Of a DNA stretch of 39,779 nt, positions 1 through 9,728 are shown one piece after another. Each line of letters opens with the position of its first letter. Position 1 is the first letter of the stretch. Both the position numbers and the translations under genes were made by a program. Below the pieces are notes generated by a model. The model was given only the letters and a program-made list of their open reading frames with translations. It made no database searches and was not told where the DNA came from. This DNA is from a virus (taxonomy: Duplodnaviria > Caudoviricetes): the IMG/VR virus record IMGVR_UViG_3300028588_000045, positions 1 to 39,779 of that record; one strand, 5' to 3'.

Positions 1-143
1 TGCGATGCTGAGAGAGCGTGAACGCCGCCAAGCGGTTGAACGTGAACTGGAACAGCTTCGACGCCAGCAGGTACAGCAGCCAGCCGCGCCAGACGCCTTC
101 GATGACCCCGCCGGGTTCGAACGGCATGTTGAGGAGCGCATTG
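1..143. repeat. Terminal direct repeat, left copy (circular assembly overlap)
   Basis: 1-143 matches 39637-39779 except at 12/39648 (G vs C) and 131/39767 (G vs T). Confidence 0.97.
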
Positions 144-577
144 AAGCCCGCGTTCAGGCGCAACGGGCGGATATGAGCTACCAACTTGCAGTCCGTGACC
201 ACGGCAAGGACAAGGTGGAGGCCGCAAGAGCCTGGGCGATTGAGAAGGCACAGAAAGAGCCTTTGTTTGCCCAACAGGTGGAAAGCGCGTTCAAGTCCGA
301 GTCTTTGCCGGTTGATTGGGTCGTCCAGCAGCACAAGCGCGATTCGCTTCTGACTGAGGTTGGCGACAACGTGGACGACTGGTTCACCCGTGAGGCTGCC
401 AAGCGTGGTTATGTAGCGAACAGCGCCCCGCCCGTGGCCGCTCCCGTAGTGGCTGCACAGCAACCGGCTCCTAAGCCAGCCATGCCGCCAAGGTCGATTG
501 CAGCAGACGCAAGCCCCGCTGCTACCCCGCCGAACGCGAACCCAATGGCTGCTATGGATGCTATCTTCACAAGGTAG
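1..577 (+). CDS. Capsid scaffolding protein, C-terminal part (gene starts at 39455 and crosses the junction; 252 aa joined)
   Basis: In frame with 39455 across the repeat; acidic Pro-rich N-terminus plus coiled coil; lies between portal and major capsid genes. Confidence 0.85.
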   Translation, partial: AMLRERERRQAVERELEQLRRQQVQQPAAPDAFDDPAGFERHVEERIEARVQAQRADMSYQLAVRDHGKDKVEAARAWAIEKAQKEPLFAQQVESAFKSESLPVDWVVQQHKRDSLLTEVGDNVDDWFTREAAKRGYVANSAPPVAAPVVAAQQPAPKPAMPPRSIAADASPAATPPNANPMAAMDAIFTR

Positions 578-583
578 GCCAAC

Positions 584-1744
584 ATGGCAGAAGTCGTTCT
601 CGCTACCGCGCTCCAGCGTCAGTCCTGGAGCACGGACCTCATGCGCGAATACGTTCGCGAATCGTCCATTCTCCCCTACATGGGCACGTCCGACACCTCG
701 ATCATTCGGGTTCGCAATGAACTGAAGAATGAGGCCGGCGACACCATCAACTTCCCTCTGGTTCTCCGCATCAAGGGTCGCGGTGTCCGTGGTTCGGAAA
801 TCCTGAAGGGCAACGAAGCCGACCTTTCGATTGCCAATACGGCGATTTCGGTTAACTGGCTGCGTCAGGGCGTCAAGCTGCCCAAGTCTACCACGTTCCG
901 CACCGCCATCGATATGTGGGGCGCGTCCAAGCCGCAGCTTCGCACGTGGTCTGCTGAACGTCTACGCGACGATGCGCTGGACGCCATGAACCAGATCGTG
1001 GTCCCCGGCGTGTTGGACGCAGACGGCAACCCCACGACCGACCAGACGGTCAATTACAACGTCTCGACGGCGGGTCAGCGCAATGCGTACCTCGTCGCCA
1101 ATGCAGACCGCGTGGTGTTCGGCAATGCCCGTGCAAACGGCTCGTCGGGTAACTGGGCAACGGCGCTCGGTACGGTTTCGACCGCAACGGGTCAGTCGTC
1201 GGCGGCGCACGTTCGCCTGCTGAAGACCATCGCCAAGACAGCAGGCAACACGCAGATCAGCGCGAATGCGTTCACGACCAACGTTCGCCCGTTCAAGTCG
1301 GATATGACGGCAGGTCGCGAGTGGTTCGTGTACTTCGTCGGCAGCCGCGAATTCTCGGTACTGTCGCAGGATGCCACCATCGTCAACATCAACACCTCTT
1401 CGCGTCCGCGCGAGGCTGGCGGCGTGGACAGCAACCCGCTGTTCCAGGACGGCGATCTGATGTATCTCGGCGTCATCATCCGCGAAGTGCCGGAACTCGA
1501 CAACTACATCCTGCCGGCAGCCGGTTCTGGTGGTGCTGACATCGCACCGGGTTTCTTGTGCGGCCAGTCGGCAATCGCGGTCGCCTACGGCATGGCACCC
1601 CGCATCATCGAAGACCTCCGGGAGGATTATGACTTCCGCCCCGGTATGGCTATCGAGGAACTGCGCGGCGTCAAAAAGACCTCGTTCGGTGGCATTCAGT
1701 ACGGCATGGTGTCGTCCTACACCGCCGTTCCCGCCCTCGTTTAA
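584..1744 (+). CDS. Major capsid protein (N4-gp56/DUF4043-like)
   Basis: 386 aa; ELKNEAGDTINFPL and LKGNEA motifs, C-terminal EDYDF...GVKK; follows the scaffold gene; strongly biased codons. Confidence 0.9.
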   Translation: MAEVVLATALQRQSWSTDLMREYVRESSILPYMGTSDTSIIRVRNELKNEAGDTINFPLVLRIKGRGVRGSEILKGNEADLSIANTAISVNWLRQGVKLPKSTTFRTAIDMWGASKPQLRTWSAERLRDDALDAMNQIVVPGVLDADGNPTTDQTVNYNVSTAGQRNAYLVANADRVVFGNARANGSSGNWATALGTVSTATGQSSAAHVRLLKTIAKTAGNTQISANAFTTNVRPFKSDMTAGREWFVYFVGSREFSVLSQDATIVNINTSSRPREAGGVDSNPLFQDGDLMYLGVIIREVPELDNYILPAAGSGGADIAPGFLCGQSAIAVAYGMAPRIIEDLREDYDFRPGMAIEELRGVKKTSFGGIQYGMVSSYTAVPALV

Positions 1745-1757
1745 GGAGCAATAGATA

Positions 1758-2192
1758 ATGGCTACTTTCAATTCGCTCCAGATGACCATGCCGACGTACC
1801 CGGTTTCGGGTCCGATCGGTGATGGGCGGGGCATTCAGGTGTCAAGCGGCACCATCACGCTGGGCGTTCAGTCGGCGGGCGCGCTTGCGGCCAACGACGT
1901 GGTTCGCATGTTCCGCGTTCACCGCAACTTCAAGGTGAAGGGCGGCTTCATGAAGTGGGACGCGCTTGGCGCTGGCGTCACGGTGGAGTTGGGCGATGCG
2001 GTCGATTCGACGCGCTATTTCCCGGCGACTTCGGCGGCGACGGCGGGGCAGATCGCAACGTTGGACCTGAAGGGGCGTGACTTCAACAACGCCGGCTTCA
2101 CGACCATCCTCATGACGATCCGTGGCGCGACGACCAACGCAACCGGAGCGATCACCGCCGAACTGAACGGCGTCATTGAGAACCCCCAGTAG
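1758..2192 (+). CDS. Putative capsid decoration/cement protein
   Basis: 144 aa, beta-rich, directly after MCP; strong RBS (AAGGAG). Confidence 0.6.
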   Translation: MATFNSLQMTMPTYPVSGPIGDGRGIQVSSGTITLGVQSAGALAANDVVRMFRVHRNFKVKGGFMKWDALGAGVTVELGDAVDSTRYFPATSAATAGQIATLDLKGRDFNNAGFTTILMTIRGATTNATGAITAELNGVIENPQ

Positions 2193-2715
2193 GCCAAGGT
2201 AGGTGACGCCAACTCCTTCCTTTGATGACGCCCAATACCGTCCGGTATTTACGTTTAGTCATCAAGGCAATGGAGTTGGCGTCATGCCCTTGTGTGGACA
2301 ACTTTCTGATATGTTGAACATCGGAAGGCGTCATAACCGGGTCGCTATTGGGTCTTCCCCAATCTGCAACACCAGCTTGCCATCCATGTTCAAGGTTTTC
2401 CAACCTTGTGACCCATTCGAGATTGTCGGCTCTATTGTTGGAGCGATTGCTGTCTTTGTGATTCACGTAAGGCTTGCCTTCGGAGTTTTCGATAAACGCG
2501 CTTGCGACCAGCCTGTGAACGAAGATTTCGGTGCCTTTGCCGGAAGTGGTTATATCCCGTTGCGCTCCGACTACGCCTTTCCGAACATGGGTTCGCATGT
2601 AGCCGTATTTTGTGATAGACCCTTCAGCAATGCCGCGAGGGCCGCGTATGCGTCCTAAGTTGCTTGCCATATAGCGGGGCCACTCAGGTATCGGCTTCCA
2701 GATTTCGTTGTTCAT
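2173..2715 (-). CDS. NUMOD4-HNH homing endonuclease
   Basis: Start refined to ATG 2715: EIWKPIPEWPRYMASNLGRIR (NUMOD4) and VHRLVA...VNHKDSNRSNNRADNLEW (HNH); upstream TTGCTT-16-TATGAT on the minus strand. Confidence 0.9.
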   Translation of the reverse strand: MNNEIWKPIPEWPRYMASNLGRIRGPRGIAEGSITKYGYMRTHVRKGVVGAQRDITTSGKGTEIFVHRLVASAFIENSEGKPYVNHKDSNRSNNRADNLEWVTRLENLEHGWQAGVADWGRPNSDPVMTPSDVQHIRKLSTQGHDANSIALMTKRKYRTVLGVIKGRSWRHLPWPTGGSQ

Positions 2716-2757
2716 ATGCTGTGCGTTATCATAAACACCGACGTAAGGAAAGCAATT

Positions 2758-3099
2758 ATGTCCAATGCAGGTTTCTCCGCAGTATGGCTCGGAGATGAAG
2801 ACCCTCAGTCCCAGCTTGTCCGCATGGGCGATCTGGTGTTCGTCAAGGGCCAGAAAGTCAACGTGCCAGCCAAGCACGAATATGCCGACATGATCCGTGA
2901 CAACCCGACGTTCTCCACTGAGGGCAAGGCGGAAGTCGTTGAGGCCAAGGAGCCTTCGGACGACGAACTGGCGGCACGGGCTGAAGAGGGCACTTCCAAG
3001 GCCGCTCTGAAGGCCGAACTGCGGTCGCTGGGCATCAACGTGCAGGGTAATCCTTCGGAGGATACCCTGCGCGCCAAGCTGGCGGACGCGTACAAGTAA
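2758..3099 (+). CDS. Conserved virion-region protein (possible C-terminal HeH/LEM-like helix pair)
   Basis: RBS AAGGA before ATG 2758; C-terminal KAALKAELRSLGINVQGNPSEDTLRAKL. Confidence 0.65.
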   Translation: MSNAGFSAVWLGDEDPQSQLVRMGDLVFVKGQKVNVPAKHEYADMIRDNPTFSTEGKAEVVEAKEPSDDELAARAEEGTSKAALKAELRSLGINVQGNPSEDTLRAKLADAYK

Positions 3100-3785
3100 T
3101 GGCAACGGCTCGCTTCGTGGTGAACACCGCCCTGCGTAAATTGGGCGTCCTGGCATCAGGTCGCGAGCCGCGCCTTTCCGACCAGACAGACGCGCTTGAC
3201 GCTCTCCGTTCCATGTATGGGAGCTGGATAGCATCGGGCGCGTTTGGTCGTTTGCGAGATGTTGTGCCGACTGGCACGCAATACGTCACCCCCGGCAATG
3301 AACGCATCTTCCGCGAGTCGGCGGATGTCATGACGGTGGTTCTGCCGGAACTGGTGGCAGAATCGCGCCACGCAGATTACGGCCATGAGCCGGTGCGATA
3401 CTACGGCACGACCGTAACGGTATCGACGGTGGGCAATGAAACGATCATCGACGTTAAGCCTTCGCAGCCTATCGGCTACGCTCTCCCGCCCCGCGATGGT
3501 TCGGTGGTAGTGATTAGCGACCGTATCGGCGGCGAAACTCGCACTTGGATTTATGACGGCACGAATAAGCGGTGGGAATCACCAGACATGATCGTGCTGG
3601 ACGATGAAGCGCCACGCTCCAGTGCTGACGTGCAAGGTTTAGCGTCGATGTTGGCGCTGGAAATCGCAGATCAATTTGACGCAAGCGTGCCGGATGCTAC
3701 AGTGCGTCAGGCTGTTCGCTATCAGCAACAGATGGTGTCACGGTTCGGGATGGCCCGTGAAGCTGTAGAAGGGGCGTATTACTGA
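3099..3785 (+). CDS. Head-tail adaptor (P22 gp4-like)
   Basis: N-terminal VNTALRKLGVLASG...DALDALRSM and C-terminal LALEIADQF; synteny. Confidence 0.75.
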   Translation: MATARFVVNTALRKLGVLASGREPRLSDQTDALDALRSMYGSWIASGAFGRLRDVVPTGTQYVTPGNERIFRESADVMTVVLPELVAESRHADYGHEPVRYYGTTVTVSTVGNETIIDVKPSQPIGYALPPRDGSVVVISDRIGGETRTWIYDGTNKRWESPDMIVLDDEAPRSSADVQGLASMLALEIADQFDASVPDATVRQAVRYQQQMVSRFGMAREAVEGAYY

Positions 3786-4153
3786 TGCCAAAGCCGAATA
3801 GATCAATCGACGCTATTCCGGTTTATCTGGTTCAGCCCGACACCACCACCGCAGGAGAGTCCGCGCCGCTCGTGGCGGGCGCACAAACCTACGCTGCCGG
3901 CGGCTATCGCCAGATGACGGGCATTGCGGCTTCCACGGGGCTGACCACGCCGCCCGCGAATACGCGGCGCGCAATCATCCAGGCAGAAGCGCAGGCGATC
4001 CGCTGGCGTGACGACGGCACTGCCCCGACTGCAAGTGTCGGAATGTTGATCCCGGCTGGCGGCGAACTGCGCTACGATGGCTCCGATATGTCGGCAATCA
4101 AGCTGATACAGGTCACGACCGGCGCAATCGCCAACGTGGCGTATTATGCCTGA
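3785..4153 (+). CDS. Conserved phage structural-region protein
   Basis: 122 aa, translationally coupled (TGATG); IRWRDDGTAPTASVGM motif. Confidence 0.7.
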   Translation: MPKPNRSIDAIPVYLVQPDTTTAGESAPLVAGAQTYAAGGYRQMTGIAASTGLTTPPANTRRAIIQAEAQAIRWRDDGTAPTASVGMLIPAGGELRYDGSDMSAIKLIQVTTGAIANVAYYA

Positions 4154-4682
4154 GACGGCATCCACAATTGATCCTTCGGCGCTGGTCGAGGCAGTCAAGG
4201 CACAAATTCCGCAGCCCGCCACGGCTTCACCGAAGTCTGAAATGACGGGTGGTGCGGTAGGATCAGCCACGCGCTATGCGCTGGAGGACCACCAGCATCC
4301 ACGTCTGACCAGTACGACCTATGCTACGTTGGACGGCACTGGCAAGGCGACAGTGACATTCACGCGAACCTTTCTGAACAAGCCGGGTTTCTCGATTACG
4401 GAAATCGACGGCACCAATACGCAGCCGCTGGTGTGTGTGGTTGAATCATTCATCCCCAACACTCCCAATGGTCCTTACACAGGATGCGTGGTCAAGGGCT
4501 ATCGGAGTCAGGCTTTACCCGCACAGCAGCAGATGAGTGTCCTGGCGATTTTGGGGACCGTCGTTGCGGGCGTTAACTCAATCGCAGCATCCCTAACCGG
4601 CTTCAATGTATTCGGCGGTTCATCCGGCGGCGCTTCGGTTTCTGTTGTTGCAATTGCGCGCAGCGATGTGAGCAGTAGCTGA
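4146..4682 (+). CDS. Putative fibre-associated structural protein
   Basis: 178 aa; GSATRYALEDHQHP resembles the fibre ARADHxHP motif. Confidence 0.6.
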   Translation: MPETASTIDPSALVEAVKAQIPQPATASPKSEMTGGAVGSATRYALEDHQHPRLTSTTYATLDGTGKATVTFTRTFLNKPGFSITEIDGTNTQPLVCVVESFIPNTPNGPYTGCVVKGYRSQALPAQQQMSVLAILGTVVAGVNSIAASLTGFNVFGGSSGGASVSVVAIARSDVSSS

Positions 4683-4951
4683 TGGCCGTACAGGTCATCC
4701 AGACCGGGGCAACGGTTCGAGTTATCGTCAACCCGCGTGCTATTGCCAACACTGAAATCGTAGACGGCTTTCTGGTGCTGACATACACAGACGGGACAAC
4801 GGATAATGTCGGATATATCGGGGGTGGCGGTGTCGTCGGCGCTAACATCTTCAACACCCCCGGAATTTCCAGCATTGCCGGCAGTGAAATCACCGGTTTT
4901 ATCGACGCGGCGAACGATATCGACGCGCGCCTAACAGCATTGGGGTACTGA
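4682..4951 (+). CDS. Small fibre-adaptor-like protein
   Basis: 89 aa; DGFLVLTYTDGTTDNVG beta motif; C-terminal DIDARLTAL. Confidence 0.6.
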   Translation: MAVQVIQTGATVRVIVNPRAIANTEIVDGFLVLTYTDGTTDNVGYIGGGGVVGANIFNTPGISSIAGSEITGFIDAANDIDARLTALGY

Positions 4952-7420
4952 ATGGCTTACGATCCTTACGCTTCGGTCGCGAGCATTCTGGCGCAGTTCG
5001 ATATTCGGCTGACGGCTGCGGAGGCCGGCGCTGTTCCTGTCACTCTTGGCACACTATCGCTGTCCACCGCACTGACCAGCGGCACGGCGGTTAGCGGCAA
5101 CATTTTGGGCGCAACGTCGGGAAGCACGCTGGCCACCAGCACGACAGGCCTTTCGATCAACAGCGCAGCACGCACTTTCACTTTTGACGGCACCGCTGCG
5201 GGCGGAACCGCTATCGCCATCACCGAAACGCTGGCGGGGGCTGTTGGCTCGCCTAAGACGAACCCACTAGGCACGGTGGCCGCTGCTGGCGGCACAGTCG
5301 TCCGCACAATGTTTATGGGGCAGTCGGAAAATGAGTATATCCTCAATCCCGCCCCTTTCTACCGCAGCATTGCGCAGCCCACTCCGGGTAACGGCAACCT
5401 GATTCTTTTCTACCAAGGTGCACCCGGCGCGGCTCCTGTTCGCACGGTGGTTAATTCTACGAGCGTGACGGCGGGGCAGGTCAATCCGGCGATGGCTGCC
5501 GTGTCCGCAATGTTGGCATATAACCGCCCTGGGTACACGTTTGCGCTTGGCGATCTATCGGTCGCCGGCACGTCTCGCTTCGACCTCGCCGATGACACCA
5601 CAAACGGAAGCGACGGCCGGCTGTGGGCGGACTTCACGTCCGTCATCACGGCGCTGGAGAGTGAATTCGGGACGACGCAGAACCTGATCGAGTGCTGGTA
5701 TAACGCCGACGCCGGCAGCATCACGACGTTCAAGTCGGCATTCTGGCCGCTGTATTTCGGCTCCACTGCTGCCGGCGCAAACTTCGCGCTTGGCGGCACG
5801 AACGCCGGCCGTGAAATAGATCACTGTATCTATGATGGTCAGGCAGCAGCCAACGCCAAGGGGCGCGGCGTGTTCACCCGTTCGGATACCAAGTGGAATG
5901 TCATCACACCGATGCCGTTTCTGGACGCGCCGGATTCATCCACTGGCGGCGTGGAGATGCAGAACTTCTCCAGCAACAATGCGCGTCTGACGGAGCCGGC
6001 ACGCGCTACCGTTATTGCCCTGCCGAGTGACACGCTGGCCGCATCAACAAGTCTAACGGTTGGCCCCTCGGCGCACATCGCGAAGTTCGGCGGCGCGTCT
6101 ACGTCGATCCATCCTGACGTTGGCAATAAGGACGGACAGATTCTGTACGCATGGCCGCTCGCGATTAACATGCTACGGGCGTCGGGCATGACGATTGGCG
6201 AACCTGTCATTGCCAGCGTTGAGTGCGCCGCTGACGGTAGCTATGCCGATCTGCTTGTAACGCTGCCCAATGGTGGCACCCTGAAAACGTTGGCAAGCCA
6301 GCGGGGCACTACCTATGGCGGCACCTCGCCTCATCAGCAGGCGGTTACGGGCGTCGAGATTACCCGTTCCGGTGGCGAACGCCGGCCGGTATTCCGCACC
6401 GATCAGACTTCGTACCCGGCGTCGCATCGCGGCACGGTGGCGATTATTGACAGCGGCACCGGAACGGGAGTGGCGCGGCGCGGCAAGGTCCGCATCACGC
6501 CGTCCACGCCTTTCGCGTTCGGTGATAGTTTGTCCTACCTGCGAGGTCAGGGCACGGCCATGTTGGTTCAGCCGCGCGATCTGAACCTATACCCGTGGTT
6601 CCTGATCGAGCATATCCCCAGCATGTTCGACGCGTCTGCGCTGTATCCTTTCGAGGGGATCGCAGTGCAGCCGGCGCAGGTCGATCTGTCCATTCCTGTG
6701 CCTACTGCCAGCTTCACGCCGCGCGGCGTGTTTTTCGACGGCGGCGATTACTTCACCGCTGCCAACCTGACATCGCCGGCTGCCGCTACTGCTACGTCTA
6801 ATGGCATCATGTCGTGCTGGTTCCGCAACAACCAGACGACGTGGAATACGCCGGTCGGTGCCGCCATTTTCGGCTTCCGCGCTGGCTCCAACACGGTGCT
6901 GACGATGAATGCTGCGGCATCGGGTCGCATGAACTTCCAGTTGAAGAACGACACCGCTACCGATTCGATCAATGTCTATGCCGGTGCAGGCACGACAGCG
7001 TTTGTGCCGAACCAGTGGTATCATATCCTTGTGGCGTGGACCGCCACGGCGCTGAACGTATACGTCAACGACGTCTTGGTCGGGTCGCTGACGTATGCGT
7101 CTGTTGATATGGCGGGGCTGAATCTTACGCATGTTGGCGTCGGTGCCACTACCGCCGCGACCAACCCTTGGGTTGGCGATCTGGGGCACCTTTACATCAA
7201 CGTCGCGGAGACGCTTGATATGTCGGTCACGGCCAATCGGCGCAAGTTTGTCAACAACAGCATGCCGGTCGATATGGGGAATCAGGGCGCGCTGCCAACC
7301 GGCACTCGCCCAGCCTACTATTTCGACGGTTTGGGTGCTGCCTGGAACAACCAGGGCAGCGCATCGGCTGGCACCCAGACGGGTGCGCTGACGGCTTCCA
7401 CTGCGCCTCCGGCGTACTGA
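4952..7420 (+). CDS. Receptor-binding fibre/spike with SGNH (SASA/CE6-like) esterase-like domain and C-terminal ConA/LamG lectin domain
   Basis: FMGQSE (block I), CWYNADA and IHPD resemble SGNH blocks; NQWYHILVAW...VYVND is a LamG signature. Confidence 0.7.
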   Translation: MAYDPYASVASILAQFDIRLTAAEAGAVPVTLGTLSLSTALTSGTAVSGNILGATSGSTLATSTTGLSINSAARTFTFDGTAAGGTAIAITETLAGAVGSPKTNPLGTVAAAGGTVVRTMFMGQSENEYILNPAPFYRSIAQPTPGNGNLILFYQGAPGAAPVRTVVNSTSVTAGQVNPAMAAVSAMLAYNRPGYTFALGDLSVAGTSRFDLADDTTNGSDGRLWADFTSVITALESEFGTTQNLIECWYNADAGSITTFKSAFWPLYFGSTAAGANFALGGTNAGREIDHCIYDGQAAANAKGRGVFTRSDTKWNVITPMPFLDAPDSSTGGVEMQNFSSNNARLTEPARATVIALPSDTLAASTSLTVGPSAHIAKFGGASTSIHPDVGNKDGQILYAWPLAINMLRASGMTIGEPVIASVECAADGSYADLLVTLPNGGTLKTLASQRGTTYGGTSPHQQAVTGVEITRSGGERRPVFRTDQTSYPASHRGTVAIIDSGTGTGVARRGKVRITPSTPFAFGDSLSYLRGQGTAMLVQPRDLNLYPWFLIEHIPSMFDASALYPFEGIAVQPAQVDLSIPVPTASFTPRGVFFDGGDYFTAANLTSPAAATATSNGIMSCWFRNNQTTWNTPVGAAIFGFRAGSNTVLTMNAAASGRMNFQLKNDTATDSINVYAGAGTTAFVPNQWYHILVAWTATALNVYVNDVLVGSLTYASVDMAGLNLTHVGVGATTAATNPWVGDLGHLYINVAETLDMSVTANRRKFVNNSMPVDMGNQGALPTGTRPAYYFDGLGAAWNNQGSASAGTQTGALTASTAPPAY

Positions 7421-7430
7421 GGTTAGGCGA

Positions 7431-8405
7431 GTGGCCTTTGAGCCAAGCCTGATTATTTCCCCTATCTTCAGCGGGTTCGGCGCTAGGCTGGACCTGCTGG
7501 AAAAAGGCGTTCTGTTGCCCCCGACAGAACCGATTGACGTAACCTTGCAACTCGCAAGAAACCTGATCGGCACGGATTTCGGCGCTAAGGGGCCACGCTA
7601 CACCCCGACCAAAACGCCGCTCAATACCGAACTGCCGGCAGGTGCCCGCTACCTTAACCCCGGCACTATCACGACAGACAATACGGCGGTGTTGTTCGAT
7701 GGCTGGGACTTGACTGGTTATTCCTTTTATCTGACTCAGGGTCAGACGACGCTAATTGACACCATAGTCGCGCGGGCCAATGCTTTTGTTGTGGACCGAC
7801 GAGGTTCGGCTTTTTTTACTGCCAAATGGTCCGATCTGGACGGCATGAAGTCGCCATTTGAATCCACTATGATAGTCAGCCGCTCGGCACAGGGCGGCAT
7901 GGACATAAGCGATAGCAAAATCCACGGGGCTGGCGCGGATCATATTAGCGTTTCGTCCAACACCGCTATTCAACGGTCGTGGGTTTATGACGGCTGGAAC
8001 AGCACAAACCCTATTTTGCATGCCGAACCAATCCAGCTTCTGACCGCCAGTAATGGCTATGCAAACCTTGTTTTTAAGGACAATTTGCTTGATTCTGGAT
8101 ACAAGGACACTGCTTCCATCATCAGGCTGGTAACGGAAAAGTCCGACGCCAAGCTGGACAACGTGCTGATACAAGGCAACGTCATGCTGCGGAATGCATC
8201 ACGCGAGGATGTGCCTATCGCTATCGGCGCGAAGGTTGGTGCAGGCCCTGTCAGCAACGTTCGCATTTTGGATAATTGGCTTCGTTACGGCACGCCGAAA
8301 CCGCTGTATCCATACGCCGTGCCCGGTGGGACAGCGCTGTGGAAGAATAACCGTCTTGCTGATACAGGTAGCTTTATAGACACCCCGTCGGGCTGGAGTT
8401 CGTAA
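7431..8405 (+). CDS. Right-handed beta-helix protein (putative depolymerase/RBP)
   Basis: 324 aa with NLVFKDN, NVLIQGN and NVRILDN strands; HAEPIQ motif; visibly more AT-rich than its neighbours. Confidence 0.65.
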   Translation: MAFEPSLIISPIFSGFGARLDLLEKGVLLPPTEPIDVTLQLARNLIGTDFGAKGPRYTPTKTPLNTELPAGARYLNPGTITTDNTAVLFDGWDLTGYSFYLTQGQTTLIDTIVARANAFVVDRRGSAFFTAKWSDLDGMKSPFESTMIVSRSAQGGMDISDSKIHGAGADHISVSSNTAIQRSWVYDGWNSTNPILHAEPIQLLTASNGYANLVFKDNLLDSGYKDTASIIRLVTEKSDAKLDNVLIQGNVMLRNASREDVPIAIGAKVGAGPVSNVRILDNWLRYGTPKPLYPYAVPGGTALWKNNRLADTGSFIDTPSGWSS

Positions 8406-9728
8406 ATGCCGGCTGTCCCCCTTGGCGTAAAAGCCTACCGCCGCACGGATGCAATGGTGCCAGAGACGCGTCTTGTGAATATGTGGCTGGAGAAGGACGA
8501 GAGCGGCGTATCGCCGGATGGACTGATGCGGGTGCAGCGGCCGGGATTAACGCAAGTCGAAAGTCGCACCGCGAACATCCGCGCATTGGCGTATCGGCCG
8601 GCGACCGGTGAAGAGGTTACGGTTTCCGACCGCTTGCATATCGAAGGAACGGACAAGGGCGGTATAGCCGGCACAGGCATAGCGCCAACGGTGGATACGC
8701 CCTTCTCCTTTGCAGTTTTGGGCGGCCAGAGCCTTTATATTTACAACACTGCCCTGATTGTTGTGGCTATGCCCAATGACGCTGGCGAAATTGTCGATAT
8801 TGACCAGCTTAACGGCTACATCCTAATTTTGACGCGCTCAGGACGGTTCTACTGGATTGAACCGGGGGAAACGACGGTTGACCCGCTTAACTTTGCTACC
8901 GCCGAAAGTTCGCCCGATATTGGCGTCGCGATACGCCGCGTTGGCGATGAGTTCTGGATTTTCGGCGAAAGCAGCGTTGAGCCGTGGCAGGCTACCGGAA
9001 ATTTCGACGCGCCGTTCCAGCCTGTAACCGGCAGGGTTTACGAAAGCGGCTGCCTGTCTCGGGATAGCGTGCGGCGTTTCGATAACTCGGTGATGTGGGT
9101 AACAGACGCCCTTCAGGTTGCGCGCGGTGGCACTGTCCCATCGGTTGTATCTGACAACGGACTCAGCGAGCGCCTGAGGAAGCGAACCGGCGAACCTAGC
9201 GCGTTCACGTTTCCGTGGGATGGGCACGACTTCTACGTTCTCCGCATCCCTGGTCAGGGCACGTTCGCTTACGATGCCGCTACGCAGAACTGGTGCGAGT
9301 TTTCCACGCTAGGTGCGGGCGTCTGGCGTCCTGTCGTGGGCGAGGATCACGGCGGCGTTGTGCGAGTAGGCGACAGCGATAGCGGCGCTGTATGGCTACT
9401 GGACAGCGGGACGATGACGGATGCAGGAACCCCGATAGAACGCGTTGTAACCGGCACTGTGGGGTTCCTTGGCAGGACCGGACGCAATAACAGTTTGGGC
9501 ATAGGTGTCGGCGTATCCAACGACGCCGTGGTCCGCGTTCGCTGGAAGGACGGGCAGGATGATTTCCCGGCCTATTATGACGAACTGCCTGTTCGTGCCC
9601 CTATGGACGTTGCCAACATTTACCGCATGGGACGCCCTGAACAACCGTATCGAACCGTGGAGGTGTCGTGCGTTGATCCTGTGCGGCTACGGATTGCGGG
9701 TGCTATGATTAATGAGGCGTGGAAATAG
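8406..9728 (+). CDS. Tail hub / packaged DNA stabilisation protein (P22 gp10-like)
   Basis: DPLNFATAESSPD, FGESSVEPW, GHDFYVL and TFAYDAATQNW motifs. Confidence 0.85.
   Translation: MPAVPLGVKAYRRTDAMVPETRLVNMWLEKDESGVSPDGLMRVQRPGLTQVESRTANIRALAYRPATGEEVTVSDRLHIEGTDKGGIAGTGIAPTVDTPFSFAVLGGQSLYIYNTALIVVAMPNDAGEIVDIDQLNGYILILTRSGRFYWIEPGETTVDPLNFATAESSPDIGVAIRRVGDEFWIFGESSVEPWQATGNFDAPFQPVTGRVYESGCLSRDSVRRFDNSVMWVTDALQVARGGTVPSVVSDNGLSERLRKRTGEPSAFTFPWDGHDFYVLRIPGQGTFAYDAATQNWCEFSTLGAGVWRPVVGEDHGGVVRVGDSDSGAVWLLDSGTMTDAGTPIERVVTGTVGFLGRTGRNNSLGIGVGVSNDAVVRVRWKDGQDDFPAYYDELPVRAPMDVANIYRMGRPEQPYRTVEVSCVDPVRLRIAGAMINEAWK

Noticed and set aside
962-1834. Long antisense ORFs over capsid, fibre (6587-7573) and portal (37491-38180) genes
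   Set aside because: Expected shadows of GC3-biased coding strands.
2716-3234. N-terminal extension making the HNH ORF 353 aa
   Set aside because: It is antisense to two real structural genes; the NUMOD4 domain and a promoter define the start at 2715.
4949-4954. Same-frame TGA-ATG junction suggesting readthrough into the 822-aa fibre
   Set aside because: Same-frame stop-ATG abutments also occur at 8403-8408 and 10752-10757, so it looks like ordinary gene packing.
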